Positions 9,581 to 20,068 of a DNA stretch of 64,000 nucleotides are shown in pieces. The translations under genes were made by a program, and so were the position numbers. Where the stretch lies: NCBI GenBank assembly GCA_947496065.1, contig CANMBF010000009.1, positions 2,955 through 66,954 of the forward strand, given 5' to 3'. Position 1 is the first letter of the stretch. Every line of letters starts with the position of its first letter. The notes beneath the pieces are model-generated. The model was not told where the DNA came from. It saw only the letters and a list, made by a program, of their open reading frames with translations, and made no database searches. The DNA is from Bacteroidota bacterium. Lineage in GTDB: Bacteria; Bacteroidota; Bacteroidia; NS11-12g; UBA955.

Positions 9581-11353
9581 TTGAAATCCTTACTTTCCAT
9601 TAACCACTATTTTGTACGTTACAAATGGCTGCTGCTGAGTGGTATTTTGTTTGTTATACTTTCTAATATTTTTAACGTGGTAGTGCCCTACCTCGTGAGA
9701 CAGGTGTTTGATGAGGTGCAACTCAAAACTTCCTTCCTTCCGAACTTCGCTAGTAACGAAGCGCATAAAGCTTATTCTAATTCAGTTCTCAATACAGCCT
9801 TATGGTTTGGAGCCTTGATATTATTAGCTTCTGTTATCCGTGGTATTTTCATGTTCTTTATGCGACAAACACTCATTGTGATGTCGCGCAAGATCGAATA
9901 TGATATGAAAAAGGACATTTTCAACCACTATCAAAAATTATCTCAGCGTTTTTACAGAAAGAATTACACAGGCGATTTAATGAACCGCTTAAGTGAAGAT
10001 GTAGGCAGGGTGCGCATGTACATAGGACCCGCCATCATGTATATTGTGAACCTCGTCTTTACTTTTATTACCGTTATCTACATGATGTTTTCTGTGAATG
10101 TTGAAATGAGTTTATGGGTATTAATACCCTTGCCAATACTCTCTGTTGCCATTTACTACATCAGCGAAATCATTAACAAGAAAAGCGACCAGATTCAAGC
10201 CAAACTAAGTGATATCACTTCGCTCTCGCAAGAAACATTTTCAGGTATCCGTGTTTTAAAATCATTTGCAGTAGAACAATCGTTTTTGAAAAACATGGAG
10301 ACAGAAAGTGAAAAATACCGGACGCAAAAAATGTCGCTAACCCTCATTGACTCTCTGTTTAATCCCATGATGCTTGTATTGGTAAGCCTTAGTACTTTGC
10401 TCACCATTTACTTAGGTGGTAAAGGGGTTATCAATGGCACTTTTAGTTTCGGCAATATTGCGGAGTTTGTAATATATGTTAACCTGCTTACTTGGCCTGT
10501 GGCAAGTTTAGGTTGGGTAACTTCTTTGGTGCAAAGGGCAGCGGCTTCGCAAACCCGCATCAATCAGTTTCTAGACGAAACCCCCGAAATTACCAATCCT
10601 ACGCAAACACCCTTTCATTTTAAAAATAAAATTGAATGGCAATCAGTTGATTTTAGATATGACGAAAAAAACTTCGATGCCTTAAAACAAATTAATTTTA
10701 CCTTAAAAAAAGGCCATACACTGGGTATTATAGGCGCAACAGGTAACGGTAAATCTACCATTGCGGCTTTATTGTTGCGTCTTATTGAACCAACCAAAGG
10801 TGATATTCTGATAGATGAACAAAACCTTTCAAAAATCAACCTTGATGATTTTAGACAACAAGTTGGTTATGTGCCGCAAGATGTGTTTCTTTTTTCTGAT
10901 ACCATTGCCAACAATATTGCTTTTGGAGCTAAAGCATCTACCAGCAGAGACGACATTATCAGATTTGCTAAATTAGCCCAAGTACACCATAATATTGTTC
11001 AATTTAAGGAGGGTTATGATACCATTATTGGCGAACGCGGAATTACGCTAAGTGGAGGACAAAAACAACGCATTGCCATTGCCAGAGCGCTTATTCGCGA
11101 GCCTGAGTTACTCATTTTAGATGATTGTTTATCGGCTGTCGACCAAGAAACCGAAAAACAAATTTTAATGGAATTAAAACAATTGATGCAGCAAAAAACA
11201 GCCGTTATTATCAGTCACCGATTGAGCAGTGTGATGGCTTGCGATGAAATAATTGTTTTAGAAAATGGACAAATCCTTGAACGTGGCAATCACAGTTCGC
11301 TAATAGCGCAGAATGGGCAGTACGCAGAAGTGTATCGCAAACAACAAAACTAG
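9581..11353 (+). CDS. ABC exporter, fused permease/ATP-binding (MdlA/MsbA-like)
   Basis: TM domain, Walker A GATGNGKS, LSGGQKQR, LILDD. Confidence 0.93.
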   Translation: MKSLLSINHYFVRYKWLLLSGILFVILSNIFNVVVPYLVRQVFDEVQLKTSFLPNFASNEAHKAYSNSVLNTALWFGALILLASVIRGIFMFFMRQTLIVMSRKIEYDMKKDIFNHYQKLSQRFYRKNYTGDLMNRLSEDVGRVRMYIGPAIMYIVNLVFTFITVIYMMFSVNVEMSLWVLIPLPILSVAIYYISEIINKKSDQIQAKLSDITSLSQETFSGIRVLKSFAVEQSFLKNMETESEKYRTQKMSLTLIDSLFNPMMLVLVSLSTLLTIYLGGKGVINGTFSFGNIAEFVIYVNLLTWPVASLGWVTSLVQRAAASQTRINQFLDETPEITNPTQTPFHFKNKIEWQSVDFRYDEKNFDALKQINFTLKKGHTLGIIGATGNGKSTIAALLLRLIEPTKGDILIDEQNLSKINLDDFRQQVGYVPQDVFLFSDTIANNIAFGAKASTSRDDIIRFAKLAQVHHNIVQFKEGYDTIIGERGITLSGGQKQRIAIARALIREPELLILDDCLSAVDQETEKQILMELKQLMQQKTAVIISHRLSSVMACDEIIVLENGQILERGNHSSLIAQNGQYAEVYRKQQN

Positions 11354-11429
11354 ATATTGGTTACTGAGTTAATAGGTTATTGGGAGGATTTCTCCTTTAC
11401 AACTATTAACTGTTACTTTTTGTTTTTTC

Positions 11430-11930
11430 TTAATATTTGAATAGAACTCTGTAATAGTTATGCTTTCTAATAACTAGTATTTCAAGTGCGCGCCATGTTG
11501 TTATGTTTGAGTGATTAAATAAAACCTTTCTTATGGCCTCATTCAATCGGTTGTTCTTTTTGTACAATGTACCCATTTCGTTGTACACACTAGCGCACCC
11601 ATTTAAGTCTTGCCTAGCCTTGAAAAATTTAAGCGACTTTAAATAATATTGCAAAGCCTTTTGATGATTGCCCCCAAAATATAGCATGACGCCATACATC
11701 TTAAACAAATCTGCCAATGCCGCAGAATCCTTTAGCTTATATGCCAAATATATGGCTCTATCAGCATTGCCTATGGCTTGTTTTCCATTTGAAAAATAAT
11801 GGTCAGTTACTTCCTTTTTTAAAAGCTGAAGTTTTATGGCATCATTGGGTGGAGAAGTAGTTTGTGCACGCGAACACAGACCACCTAGCAGCCAAATGAG
11901 AAACAAACCATATTTTATTAATTTGCACAT
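11430..11930 (-). pseudogene. Truncated TPR-containing protein, probably the N-terminus of a TPR sensor kinase or regulator
   Basis: Signal peptide plus TPR-like helices (ALQYYLKSL, ASVYNEMGTLY); similarity stops abruptly, no signalling domain. Confidence 0.55.
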
Positions 11931-12082
11931 TAAAAAATAAAAGGAATATTATTAGTTGGTTCGAATTAAGGTAAAATTTTGCTAACTTTTCTTGATTGGT
12001 AGTTATAACTTTCAATTAACTACTTTTGTTGAACTTTTTTCGATTTAATTAATTTAAATTAAATTCGTGCCAGATTAACCAA

Positions 12083-12835
12083 TTGAACACCAATAAATCC
12101 ATATACTTTGCTTCCGATTTTCATTTGGGCGTACCCAGTTACGAACGTTCTTTGGTGCGCGAAAACTTAATTTGCGATTGGTTAGAAATGGCCCGTCAAA
12201 ATGCCTCCGAAATTTATTTATTGGGCGATGTGTTCGACTTTTGGTTCGAATACAAACAAGTGATTCCAAAAGGTTTTGCGAGGTTCTTTGGGAAAATTTG
12301 TGAAATCACAGACAGTGGCATTCCGGTTACTTTCTTTAAAGGCAACCACGATATGTGGACCTTCGGCTATTTAGAAAAAGAATTGGGCGTTAAAGTTATT
12401 TCAGATGAACTGATTATTGAACGCAATGGTCGCAAATTGTTCCTACACCATGGCGATGGCTTAGGCCCAGGCGACGATGGTTATAAATGGATACGCAAAT
12501 TATTTAGAAGTCAGTTTGGAATCAAACTTTTTGGTTTCTTACATCCGCGCATTGGTGTTGGCTTAGCACAATATCTATCGCGCAGCAGTCGAATTCAAAA
12601 CAAAGGTAACGACAAAGTTTTTAATGGCGAAGACAAAGAATACATCGTGCTCTTTTGCAAGGAAATGTTAAAGAGCCAGCATTTCGATTATTTTATTTGT
12701 GGACACAGGCATTTGCCTTTAAACATCGATTTAGGCAACCAATCACGTTATATCAACTTAGGTGAATGGGTGAACGATTTTACCTATGCCGAAATGAATG
12801 GCCCCGAAATTGAACTAAAAGTATTCAAATCATGA
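12083..12835 (+). CDS. lpxH: UDP-2,3-diacylglucosamine diphosphatase
   Basis: SDFHLG, LGDVFDFWFEY, GNHD, HGDG, GHRH metallophosphoesterase motifs. Confidence 0.88.
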   Translation: MNTNKSIYFASDFHLGVPSYERSLVRENLICDWLEMARQNASEIYLLGDVFDFWFEYKQVIPKGFARFFGKICEITDSGIPVTFFKGNHDMWTFGYLEKELGVKVISDELIIERNGRKLFLHHGDGLGPGDDGYKWIRKLFRSQFGIKLFGFLHPRIGVGLAQYLSRSSRIQNKGNDKVFNGEDKEYIVLFCKEMLKSQHFDYFICGHRHLPLNIDLGNQSRYINLGEWVNDFTYAEMNGPEIELKVFKS

Positions 12836-13632
12836 AATACATTTTAATGTTTCTTGCTTTCGCATTTTCAATCGTTGGAATAGCCAATACAATAAGCCCT
12901 ATCGATACTATTCCTGTTAAAAAAGACAGTCGGTTCACGACCGACAACATGGGCAATATTTTTATCATTTCGCCAACCAATGACATAGAAAAATACGATA
13001 AAAATGGGCATAAAATAGCGACAGCCAATTTTAAGGTTTTGGGCAGTATCACTGCCATAGATGCCACCAATCCTTTTGAAATTTATGTATTTTACCGTGA
13101 CCAAAATAAAATTTTATATCTCGATAATTTGTTGAATTTGAGAGGAGAAACTAACCTCGAATCCATTGGCATATCGCAATGCGCTGCCTTTGCACGCAGT
13201 TTTGACAACCAATTGTGGTTAGTAGACATGGCCGATTTAAAAATTAAAAAGTATAGCAAAGATTCTAAGTTTTTGAGCGAGAGTGCTTCCTTGAATACCA
13301 TTATTAGCGATGGGCCTATTCTGCCCGAAAGTATGGTAGATATTAATAGTACTTTGTATGTTTTAAATGATGGCGCCATTCTCAATTTTGATGCGTTTAT
13401 CAATTACACTAAAACCATAATTAGTGATAGCATAACGGCCTTTCAGGTGGTGAACCATCAAATTGTTTACCTTAAAAATGGTAACCTATTTTCTTATAAT
13501 CCTTTGCTCTTTAAATCCGAAAAATTAGACCTCGGATTGAACGAAACAATAAAAAACATGCGCATTGAAAAAGAAAGACTATATATTTTAACCGACGATA
13601 ACTTAATTTTGCACACTTATTCAGAAAAATAA
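12832..13632 (+). CDS. Secreted hypothetical protein, beta-propeller-like
   Basis: Signal peptide, IDATNPFEIYVFY..Q....LDN motif, overlaps the lpxH stop. Confidence 0.75.
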   Translation: MKYILMFLAFAFSIVGIANTISPIDTIPVKKDSRFTTDNMGNIFIISPTNDIEKYDKNGHKIATANFKVLGSITAIDATNPFEIYVFYRDQNKILYLDNLLNLRGETNLESIGISQCAAFARSFDNQLWLVDMADLKIKKYSKDSKFLSESASLNTIISDGPILPESMVDINSTLYVLNDGAILNFDAFINYTKTIISDSITAFQVVNHQIVYLKNGNLFSYNPLLFKSEKLDLGLNETIKNMRIEKERLYILTDDNLILHTYSEK

Positions 13633-13653
13633 ATTTCTGTTGACCCGAATCCC

Positions 13654-14727
13654 ATGTTAGAAAAATTAGAAGCCATCGAAGGGCGTTACCGTGAAGTAGA
13701 ATTGTTGTTAAGCAGTCCTGATACCATGTCGGACATGAAGCGTTTTACGCAACTTAACAAAGAATATAGCGATTTAAAGGACATTGTCGAAACCACCAAT
13801 GAATACCGCAATACTTTAAATTATTACCAACAAGCCAAAGATTTATTGGCCAACGAAAAAGACCAAGAGATAAAAGAAATGGCCAAACAAGAGGCCGATG
13901 AAATGGAGGCTAAGATAGGTCCCTTAGAAGAAAAAATAAGACTTTTATTAATTCCGAAAGATCCAGAGGATTTGAAAAATGCCATCATCGAAATAAGGGC
14001 TGGTACTGGTGGCGATGAAGCCAGTTTGTTTGCGGGCGACCTAATGAAAATGTACATGCGCTATTGCGAAAACCGCGGTTGGAAAGTAGAAGTATTAGAT
14101 GAAAATGAAGGCACAGCTGGCGGATACAAAGAAGTCATTTTAGAGGTAACTGGCAACAATGTATACGGAGATATGAAATACGAAAGTGGTGTTCACCGTG
14201 TGCAAAGAGTACCCAAAACCGAAAGTGCTGGCCGTGTGCATACCTCGGCTGCTACTGTAGCTGTATTGGCCGAAGCCGAAGATGTAGACGTGCAATTGAA
14301 TCCTGCCGATATCGATATGCAAACAAGCCGAAGTGGCGGTGCTGGTGGTCAGAACGTTAACAAAGTTGAAACCAAGGTGCAATTAACCCACCGTCCTTCG
14401 GGCATAGTGGTAGTATGTCAAGTTGAGCGTTCACAATTGGGCAATAGGGAGCGCGCGATGGCGATGTTGAGAACCAAGTTGTATGAAAAGGCATTGGAAG
14501 AACACAATTCAAAAATTGCCAATACCAGAAAAACATTGGTGGCTAGTGGCGATAGAAGTGCTAAAATAAGGACTTATAATTTTTCTCAGAGCAGAGTAAC
14601 CGATCACAGAATCAATATGACCATCTACGCGTTAGACGCTTTTTTAGGTGGCGATATACAAGGCATGATAGACGCCTTGAAGGTGGCAGAAAACGCAGAA
14701 AGAATGCAAGAAGGAACTGTGGTTTAA
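13654..14727 (+). CDS. prfA: Peptide chain release factor 1
   Basis: GGQ, PKT recognition motif, [16 protein letters not shown]. Confidence 0.97.
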   Translation: MLEKLEAIEGRYREVELLLSSPDTMSDMKRFTQLNKEYSDLKDIVETTNEYRNTLNYYQQAKDLLANEKDQEIKEMAKQEADEMEAKIGPLEEKIRLLLIPKDPEDLKNAIIEIRAGTGGDEASLFAGDLMKMYMRYCENRGWKVEVLDENEGTAGGYKEVILEVTGNNVYGDMKYESGVHRVQRVPKTESAGRVHTSAATVAVLAEAEDVDVQLNPADIDMQTSRSGGAGGQNVNKVETKVQLTHRPSGIVVVCQVERSQLGNRERAMAMLRTKLYEKALEEHNSKIANTRKTLVASGDRSAKIRTYNFSQSRVTDHRINMTIYALDAFLGGDIQGMIDALKVAENAERMQEGTVV

Positions 14728-14738
14728 ATAACAATTAT

Positions 14739-14846
14739 TTAAATACCTGCAGGTCCTTGTTTAATGCCTTCACCTTCCTTGCGGATAGGTTTCTCCATTC
14801 CCCTTCTTCTGTTTTTAACTTTCGCTATGTTTTTATCGGTGGTCAT
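14739..14846 (-). CDS. Putative 35-aa basic small protein MTTDKNIAKVKNRRRGMEKPIRKEGEGIKQGPAGI
   Basis: Manual translation; A-rich upstream leader; promoter-like motifs upstream; convergent with prfA. Confidence 0.45.
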   Translation of the reverse strand: MTTDKNIAKVKNRRRGMEKPIRKEGEGIKQGPAGI

Positions 14847-14901
14847 TAATTTAATAGTATAACACAAAAATGATTCCAATTATTGTACCTCATTTTTCTA
14901 T

Positions 14902-14930
14902 TAGACGTACAAAAGTGTAAAAACGTTTCA
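14902..14930 (-). promoter_or_regulatory. ECF-sigma-type promoter candidate
   Basis: TGAAAC-N17-CGTCTA on the minus strand. Confidence 0.5.
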
Positions 14931-15333
14931 CAACGTCTCAATATTTATCTAAAAAAGACATTATTTTGACAAATGGTTGTTGAGAACTATGTGTATAGGC
15001 ATCATAAATGACGCTTTTATTTGAGTAAAAAATACTAAACCACCAAGCGCAAATGCCCATCAAATAAAGCGTCTAGCATAACACAATAATTTTAAAAAAA
15101 TAACATAAAAATATTTTTCAGTTTTGAAATTTTTAATCAACTAAGATGACTATTTTTTTAAGTTTCTGGGTAATTGAGTTATTGCGTTAATTGAAAAATG
15201 GCTGTTCCCATACTAACTAATGCCCATTAACTAATCACCAGTCCCTAAATCCTATTCCCTATTTACTAGTTCCTCATTCCTCAATAACTATTAACAAATA
15301 ACTAAAGACCAAATACTATATTTGCGGCAAGTT

Positions 15334-16875
15334 ATGAATCCGGAAGAATTGTTTAAAAATATCATCTCTCACTCGAAAGAATATGGCTTTATTTTTCAGT
15401 CGAGCGAAATATATGATGGCCTTAGCTCTGTTTACGATTATGGTCAGCTAGGTGCCGAGTTGAAAAAGAATTTAAGAGACTATTGGTGGAAAAGCATGGT
15501 GCAAATGCATCAAAACATTGTTGGTATCGATGCTGCTATTTTTATGCACCCTACCACTTGGAAAGCCAGTGGTCACGTAGATGCTTTTAACGATCCTTTG
15601 ATTGATAACAAAGACAGCAAGAAACGCTATAGAGCCGATGTGCTCATTGAAGACCACATGGCAAAGATTATGGGCAAAGCAGATAAGGAAGTAGAGAAAG
15701 CCAAGAATAAATTTGGCGAAACTTTCGATGAGGCATTGTACCGCTCTACCAATCCACGTGTATTAGAAAATATTAATAAAGCCAATGCCATCGAAGCCCG
15801 TTTTAAAAAGGCTTTAGAAGACAATAACTTAGAAGAAGTTCGCCAAATTATTATCGACTGCGAAATCGTTTGCCCGATTTCTGGCACTAAAAACTGGACC
15901 GAAGTGCGTCAATTCAATTTAATGTTCAGCACGCAAATTGGCTCGGTGAGCGAGGAAGCCAACACCATTTACCTGCGACCAGAAACTGCCCAGGGTATTT
16001 TTGTGAATTATTTAAATGTACAAAAAACTGGCAGAATGAAAATTCCTTTTGGGATTGCACAAACAGGCAAAGCTTTTAGAAACGAGATTGTAGCCCGTCA
16101 GTTTATTTTCCGTATGCGCGAATTCGAGCAAATGGAAATGCAATTTTTTGTTCGTCCAGGTACCGAAATAGAATGGTACAACTACTGGAAAGAAACGCGT
16201 ATCAAGTGGCACCGCACCTTCGGATTTGGTGACAACAAACACCGATTCCACGACCATCTGAAACTAGCGCACTACGCCAACGCAGCTTGTGATATAGAAT
16301 TTAACTTTCCTTTTGGCTTTAAAGAATTAGAAGGTATTCACAGTCGTAGCGATTTTGATTTAAAACAACACGAGCAATTCAGTGGTAAAAAATTACAATA
16401 CTTCGATGCTGAGCTGAATGAAAGCTATGTGCCTTGTGTGGTTGAAACTAGTATTGGTCTCGACCGCCTTTTCCTAGCTGTTTACGCTGAATCATTGAAA
16501 GAAGAAACTTTGGCAGATGGTTCTACAAGAACACTCATGTCTTTACCTTTTGCTTTGGCGCCTGTGAAAGCGGCCATCCTTCCTCTGGTGAATAAAGATG
16601 GATTGCCAGAGAAGGCTGATGAAATTGTAAACCTATTGAAATACGATTTCAATGTGACCACTGAAGCCAAAGATGCCATTGGTAAACGCTACAGAAGAAA
16701 CGATGCGATAGGCACACCTTATTGCATAACTGTTGATTATGACACCATGGAAAATAACACTGTTACTTTGCGCAACCGCGATACCATGGAACAACAACGC
16801 GTAGCCATTAGCGAGCTAAAAGGAATCATGGACCAAACCGCGAGCTTGGGCAGTTTATTAAAACAACTGGATTAA
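15334..16875 (+). CDS. glyQS: Glycine--tRNA ligase (alpha2 type); ATG at 15334
   Basis: YDYGQLG, LRPETAQG, FRMREFEQME, anticodon-binding C-terminus; TATATTTG promoter at 15317-15324. Confidence 0.96.
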   Translation: MNPEELFKNIISHSKEYGFIFQSSEIYDGLSSVYDYGQLGAELKKNLRDYWWKSMVQMHQNIVGIDAAIFMHPTTWKASGHVDAFNDPLIDNKDSKKRYRADVLIEDHMAKIMGKADKEVEKAKNKFGETFDEALYRSTNPRVLENINKANAIEARFKKALEDNNLEEVRQIIIDCEIVCPISGTKNWTEVRQFNLMFSTQIGSVSEEANTIYLRPETAQGIFVNYLNVQKTGRMKIPFGIAQTGKAFRNEIVARQFIFRMREFEQMEMQFFVRPGTEIEWYNYWKETRIKWHRTFGFGDNKHRFHDHLKLAHYANAACDIEFNFPFGFKELEGIHSRSDFDLKQHEQFSGKKLQYFDAELNESYVPCVVETSIGLDRLFLAVYAESLKEETLADGSTRTLMSLPFALAPVKAAILPLVNKDGLPEKADEIVNLLKYDFNVTTEAKDAIGKRYRRNDAIGTPYCITVDYDTMENNTVTLRNRDTMEQQRVAISELKGIMDQTASLGSLLKQLD

Positions 16876-16878
16876 ATT

Positions 16879-17382
16879 TTATTCAAGAATTAATTTCAAA
16901 TCATCGGGATTTGAATTGTCAAACAATAAATTTTCTTGTAAGGTGGTGGCCATGCTGATGCCAACATAGTCGGCTTTAATGGGATACAATCTATGACTGC
17001 GCGAAGCCAAGACTGCTAGCTCAATTTTTCTTACACCCCTGTTTAATAACGGCATAAAACTACTGACAATTGTTTTGCCACTGTTCATGACATCATCAAC
17101 AATTACGACCGTTGCATTGCCTAATTCATCAAAATCGGTATCGCTAATAAACTTAGGTTCGAAGGTGTTTCGATCTAATTGTATAGCCAACTGATGAATC
17201 GATAAATTACTGATTTTTTGTAACTCAGACACCAGGTGCTGTGCGATGAATTGACCCCTGGCATCAATACCTGCAATCCATATCTTTTGCTCGTCCATAT
17301 TGTTTTCAAATATTTGCCAAGCAATGCGCTTTAATTTATTGCTAATTTGAGTATGCGTAAGAATGGTAGTAGAAGGATTCAT
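16879..17382 (-). CDS. PyrR-like phosphoribosyltransferase
   Basis: KRIAWQI.E, VIVDDVMNSGKT PRPP motif, PIKADYVG. Confidence 0.85.
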   Translation of the reverse strand: MNPSTTILTHTQISNKLKRIAWQIFENNMDEQKIWIAGIDARGQFIAQHLVSELQKISNLSIHQLAIQLDRNTFEPKFISDTDFDELGNATVVIVDDVMNSGKTIVSSFMPLLNRGVRKIELAVLASRSHRLYPIKADYVGISMATTLQENLLFDNSNPDDLKLILE

Positions 17383-17543
17383 TTATTGTACGAAAATATT
17401 ACCATACGCTTAATAATACAAACATTATCCCAAATACTTTTCCTTGCGATAGCAACTCAAAGTAAATGGACTTTTGGAAAAAGAAAATAAAGAGAAAGCT
17501 CCAAATTACCTTTTTTACCAAAAAAGTCACATAAGTTTGAGCC

Positions 17544-17800
17544 AATAAGTCACAAAAGGACTTTGTTATTTCTTAAAACAAGTATTTGAACTCAAAGTTC
17601 TTTCATTATTTTAGTGTTTTCCGTTTCAAATTCGCTACTAAAGTTCATTTTTCCTCTTTATTTTGACTAGCCAAAAAAATTCGACACACCCCTAATGTGA
17701 ACTTGAGAATGTCTGTTACTTGCAAATTGCGCTCTAGCGTAATTCTCACTATCTGAATTCGAAAGCCCAAGACATAAACCTTTCTCTTTTGTGACTTATT
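17544..17800. repeat. Perfect 15-bp inverted repeat bounding a 257-bp non-coding segment
   Basis: aataagtcacaaaag (17544-17558) / cttttgtgacttatt (17786-17800). Confidence 0.8.
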
Positions 17801-17990
17801 ACTTCGTAGCTGCTTCGCGGTGTGGTAAAATGGTTCTGAGTTCCCTAAGCTTGTCCATTTCCCTTCTTGTTTCCATAGACCCCAGCCTCATTATTATCTT
17901 GTTTTTTCGCGTTTACTCACATTTAATCCCAAATTTATTTGTTTATAATCAGAATTTGTCTACTTTTGCAGTCCCAAAAAGAAAAAAGTC

Positions 17991-18254
17991 ATGAAAGAAG
18001 GCATACATCCAAGCAGTTACCGTTTTGTTATATTCAAAGATTTAACAAGCGAATACTCTTTTTTAACCCGTAGCTGTGTTGAAACCAAAGAAACAGCTAA
18101 ATGGGAAGATGGCAATGAATACCCATTATACAAATTGGAGATTTCAGATAAAAGCCACCCTTTCTTTACCGGTAAACAAACATTGGTAGATACTGCAGGT
18201 AGAGTTGAAAAATTCAGAAGACGTTACGATTCAAGAAAAGAAAGCAATTTCTAA
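17991..18254 (+). CDS. rpmE2: 50S ribosomal protein L31 type B
   Basis: [26 protein letters not shown]; TACTTTTG promoter at 17961-17968. Confidence 0.97.
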   Translation: MKEGIHPSSYRFVIFKDLTSEYSFLTRSCVETKETAKWEDGNEYPLYKLEISDKSHPFFTGKQTLVDTAGRVEKFRRRYDSRKESNF

Positions 18255-18273
18255 TCTTAAATTCCCTGATATT

Positions 18274-18302
18274 AAAATCCCGAGTTATCGGGATTTTTTT
18301 TT
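18274..18302 (+). terminator. Terminator after rpmE2
   Basis: aaaatcccga-gtta-tcgggatttt plus T run. Confidence 0.85.
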
Positions 18303-18570
18303 GTCTCGTTAAAAATCAATATTTTATAATTTTAATCTAAAATTCAATTTATTATAATTCTGCAGCCTGTTATTTTAATTTTTAGCTCAAAGTTAAACTA
18401 AACACGGCGCCAAATCTCACTGTCTACAAAATAGGGTATGTTAACACAAGATTGCCCCTTGATGAAGAAAACTTAAACAGCTCACTATCTGAGGTTACCA
18501 AATTCTATGAAAATTAAAGTTGAAAATCCCTTTGATATAGTGTAAAGTTGCAGCTTATACAAATAATAAA

Positions 18571-19926
18571 ATGAAAAAAATATTTACTAATTCAATTTTA
18601 GTGAAAAATTTTGCTTTGGCTGTTAGTTTTACACTTGCCACTTCATTATTTTCACAAAATGCGCCTATCGACTTTGAAACAGGCGGAAAAGGTGCTTCAT
18701 GGTCATGGTCATCTTTTGAAAACGTTGCCAATGCACCTTTAGAAATCGTTAACAACCCTAGCGCTACGGGTAAAAACACCTCTGCTAAAGTTGGTAAATT
18801 TACTTGCTTAATCGGTGGTCAACCTTGGGCTGGTTTCGAAAGCAAACACGGTGCTGATATCGGTAAATTCACTTTATCTGCATCTAACGCAATCGTTAAA
18901 ATCATGGTTTACAAATCTGTAATAAGTGATATAGGTATCAAATTTGCCACTGCTTCAGGTGGTTCTGATGGTGAGCTTAAGGTTGCCAACACCAAAACCA
19001 ATGAGTGGGAAGAATTGACTTTCGATTTTTCTTCAAGAATTGCATCTGGCGTTTCTACTGATATCGATCAAATCATTTTCTTTCTTGATTTTAAATTAAA
19101 CCCAGGAAGAACTTCTGATAATGTGTGTTATTTCGATAACGTTACATTCTCAAACGGTGTAACTTTGGCTGAGCCTACTGTTGCTGCTCCAACCCCAACT
19201 AAATTAGCTGCGAATGTTATTTCATTGTTTAGCAATGCCTATACCAACGTAACTGTTGATACTTGGAGAACTAGCTGGTCTGCAGCTACTTTAACTGATA
19301 TGCAAATTGCTGGTAACGACACTAAAAAATATACTGCATTAGATTTTGTTGGTGTTGAAACTGTTGCTAGCCAAATTAATGCTACTACTATGGATTCATT
19401 CCATTTAGACATGTGGACCCCAAATGCTACTGATTTCAAAGTAAAATTGGTTGACTTCGGTGCAAATGGTGCATTTGGTGGTGGCGATGATGTTGAACAT
19501 CAATTAAGCTTTACGCCAACATCTAAAGTTTGGAACCGTATTTCTGTTCCTATGTCAGCTTTCACTGGTTTAACAACTAAAGGCCATATTGCACAAATCA
19601 TTTTTGTGGGTGTGCCAAGCGGTACTTCAGTAGTATACATCGATAACGTTATGTTTAGTAAAATCGCTGCAGCTTCAAATGTTGCTGCTATTGCTAAAGC
19701 AAACGTATCTGTATATCCTAACCCTGCCAACGACAACTTAAACATCACTGCTGATCATGCTATCCATACTTTTAGCATCACTAACAGCATTGGTCAAGAA
19801 GTAATGACTGTTGCTCCAAATGCAAACAGTACAGTAATCAATACTGCTAATTTAAGCACTGGCATTTACACAGTTAAAACAACTGTAAATGGCGTTGTTT
19901 CTGTTGCTAAAATTGTAATTAACTAA
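18571..19926 (+). CDS. T9SS-secreted protein with two carbohydrate-binding (CBM-like) jelly-roll domains
   Basis: Signal peptide; WEELTFDFS..YFDNV and W..ISVPMSAF..VYIDNV modules; VYPNPAND T9SS type A CTD; no catalytic motif seen. Confidence 0.75.
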   Translation: MKKIFTNSILVKNFALAVSFTLATSLFSQNAPIDFETGGKGASWSWSSFENVANAPLEIVNNPSATGKNTSAKVGKFTCLIGGQPWAGFESKHGADIGKFTLSASNAIVKIMVYKSVISDIGIKFATASGGSDGELKVANTKTNEWEELTFDFSSRIASGVSTDIDQIIFFLDFKLNPGRTSDNVCYFDNVTFSNGVTLAEPTVAAPTPTKLAANVISLFSNAYTNVTVDTWRTSWSAATLTDMQIAGNDTKKYTALDFVGVETVASQINATTMDSFHLDMWTPNATDFKVKLVDFGANGAFGGGDDVEHQLSFTPTSKVWNRISVPMSAFTGLTTKGHIAQIIFVGVPSGTSVVYIDNVMFSKIAAASNVAAIAKANVSVYPNPANDNLNITADHAIHTFSITNSIGQEVMTVAPNANSTVINTANLSTGIYTVKTTVNGVVSVAKIVIN

Positions 19927-19939
19927 TTTTTAAAAATTT

Positions 19940-19979
19940 AAAATGTTGGGCTACCATCTGTTAGCCCAACATTTTTTTT
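19940..19979 (+). terminator. Terminator after the CBM/T9SS gene
   Basis: aaaatgttgggcta...tagcccaacatttt plus T run. Confidence 0.85.
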
Positions 19980-20068
19980 GTCCCTACTTTTCTTCCTCAA
20001 TTATTTCCTAACTTTCCCATTTTTAACAAACGACTGAATCAATTCCTTTTGTCTACAAACTTACAACT

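Noticed and set aside
17791-17994. 67-aa ORF upstream of rpmE2
   Set aside because: It spans the rpmE2 promoter and an inverted-repeat arm, so it is likely spurious.
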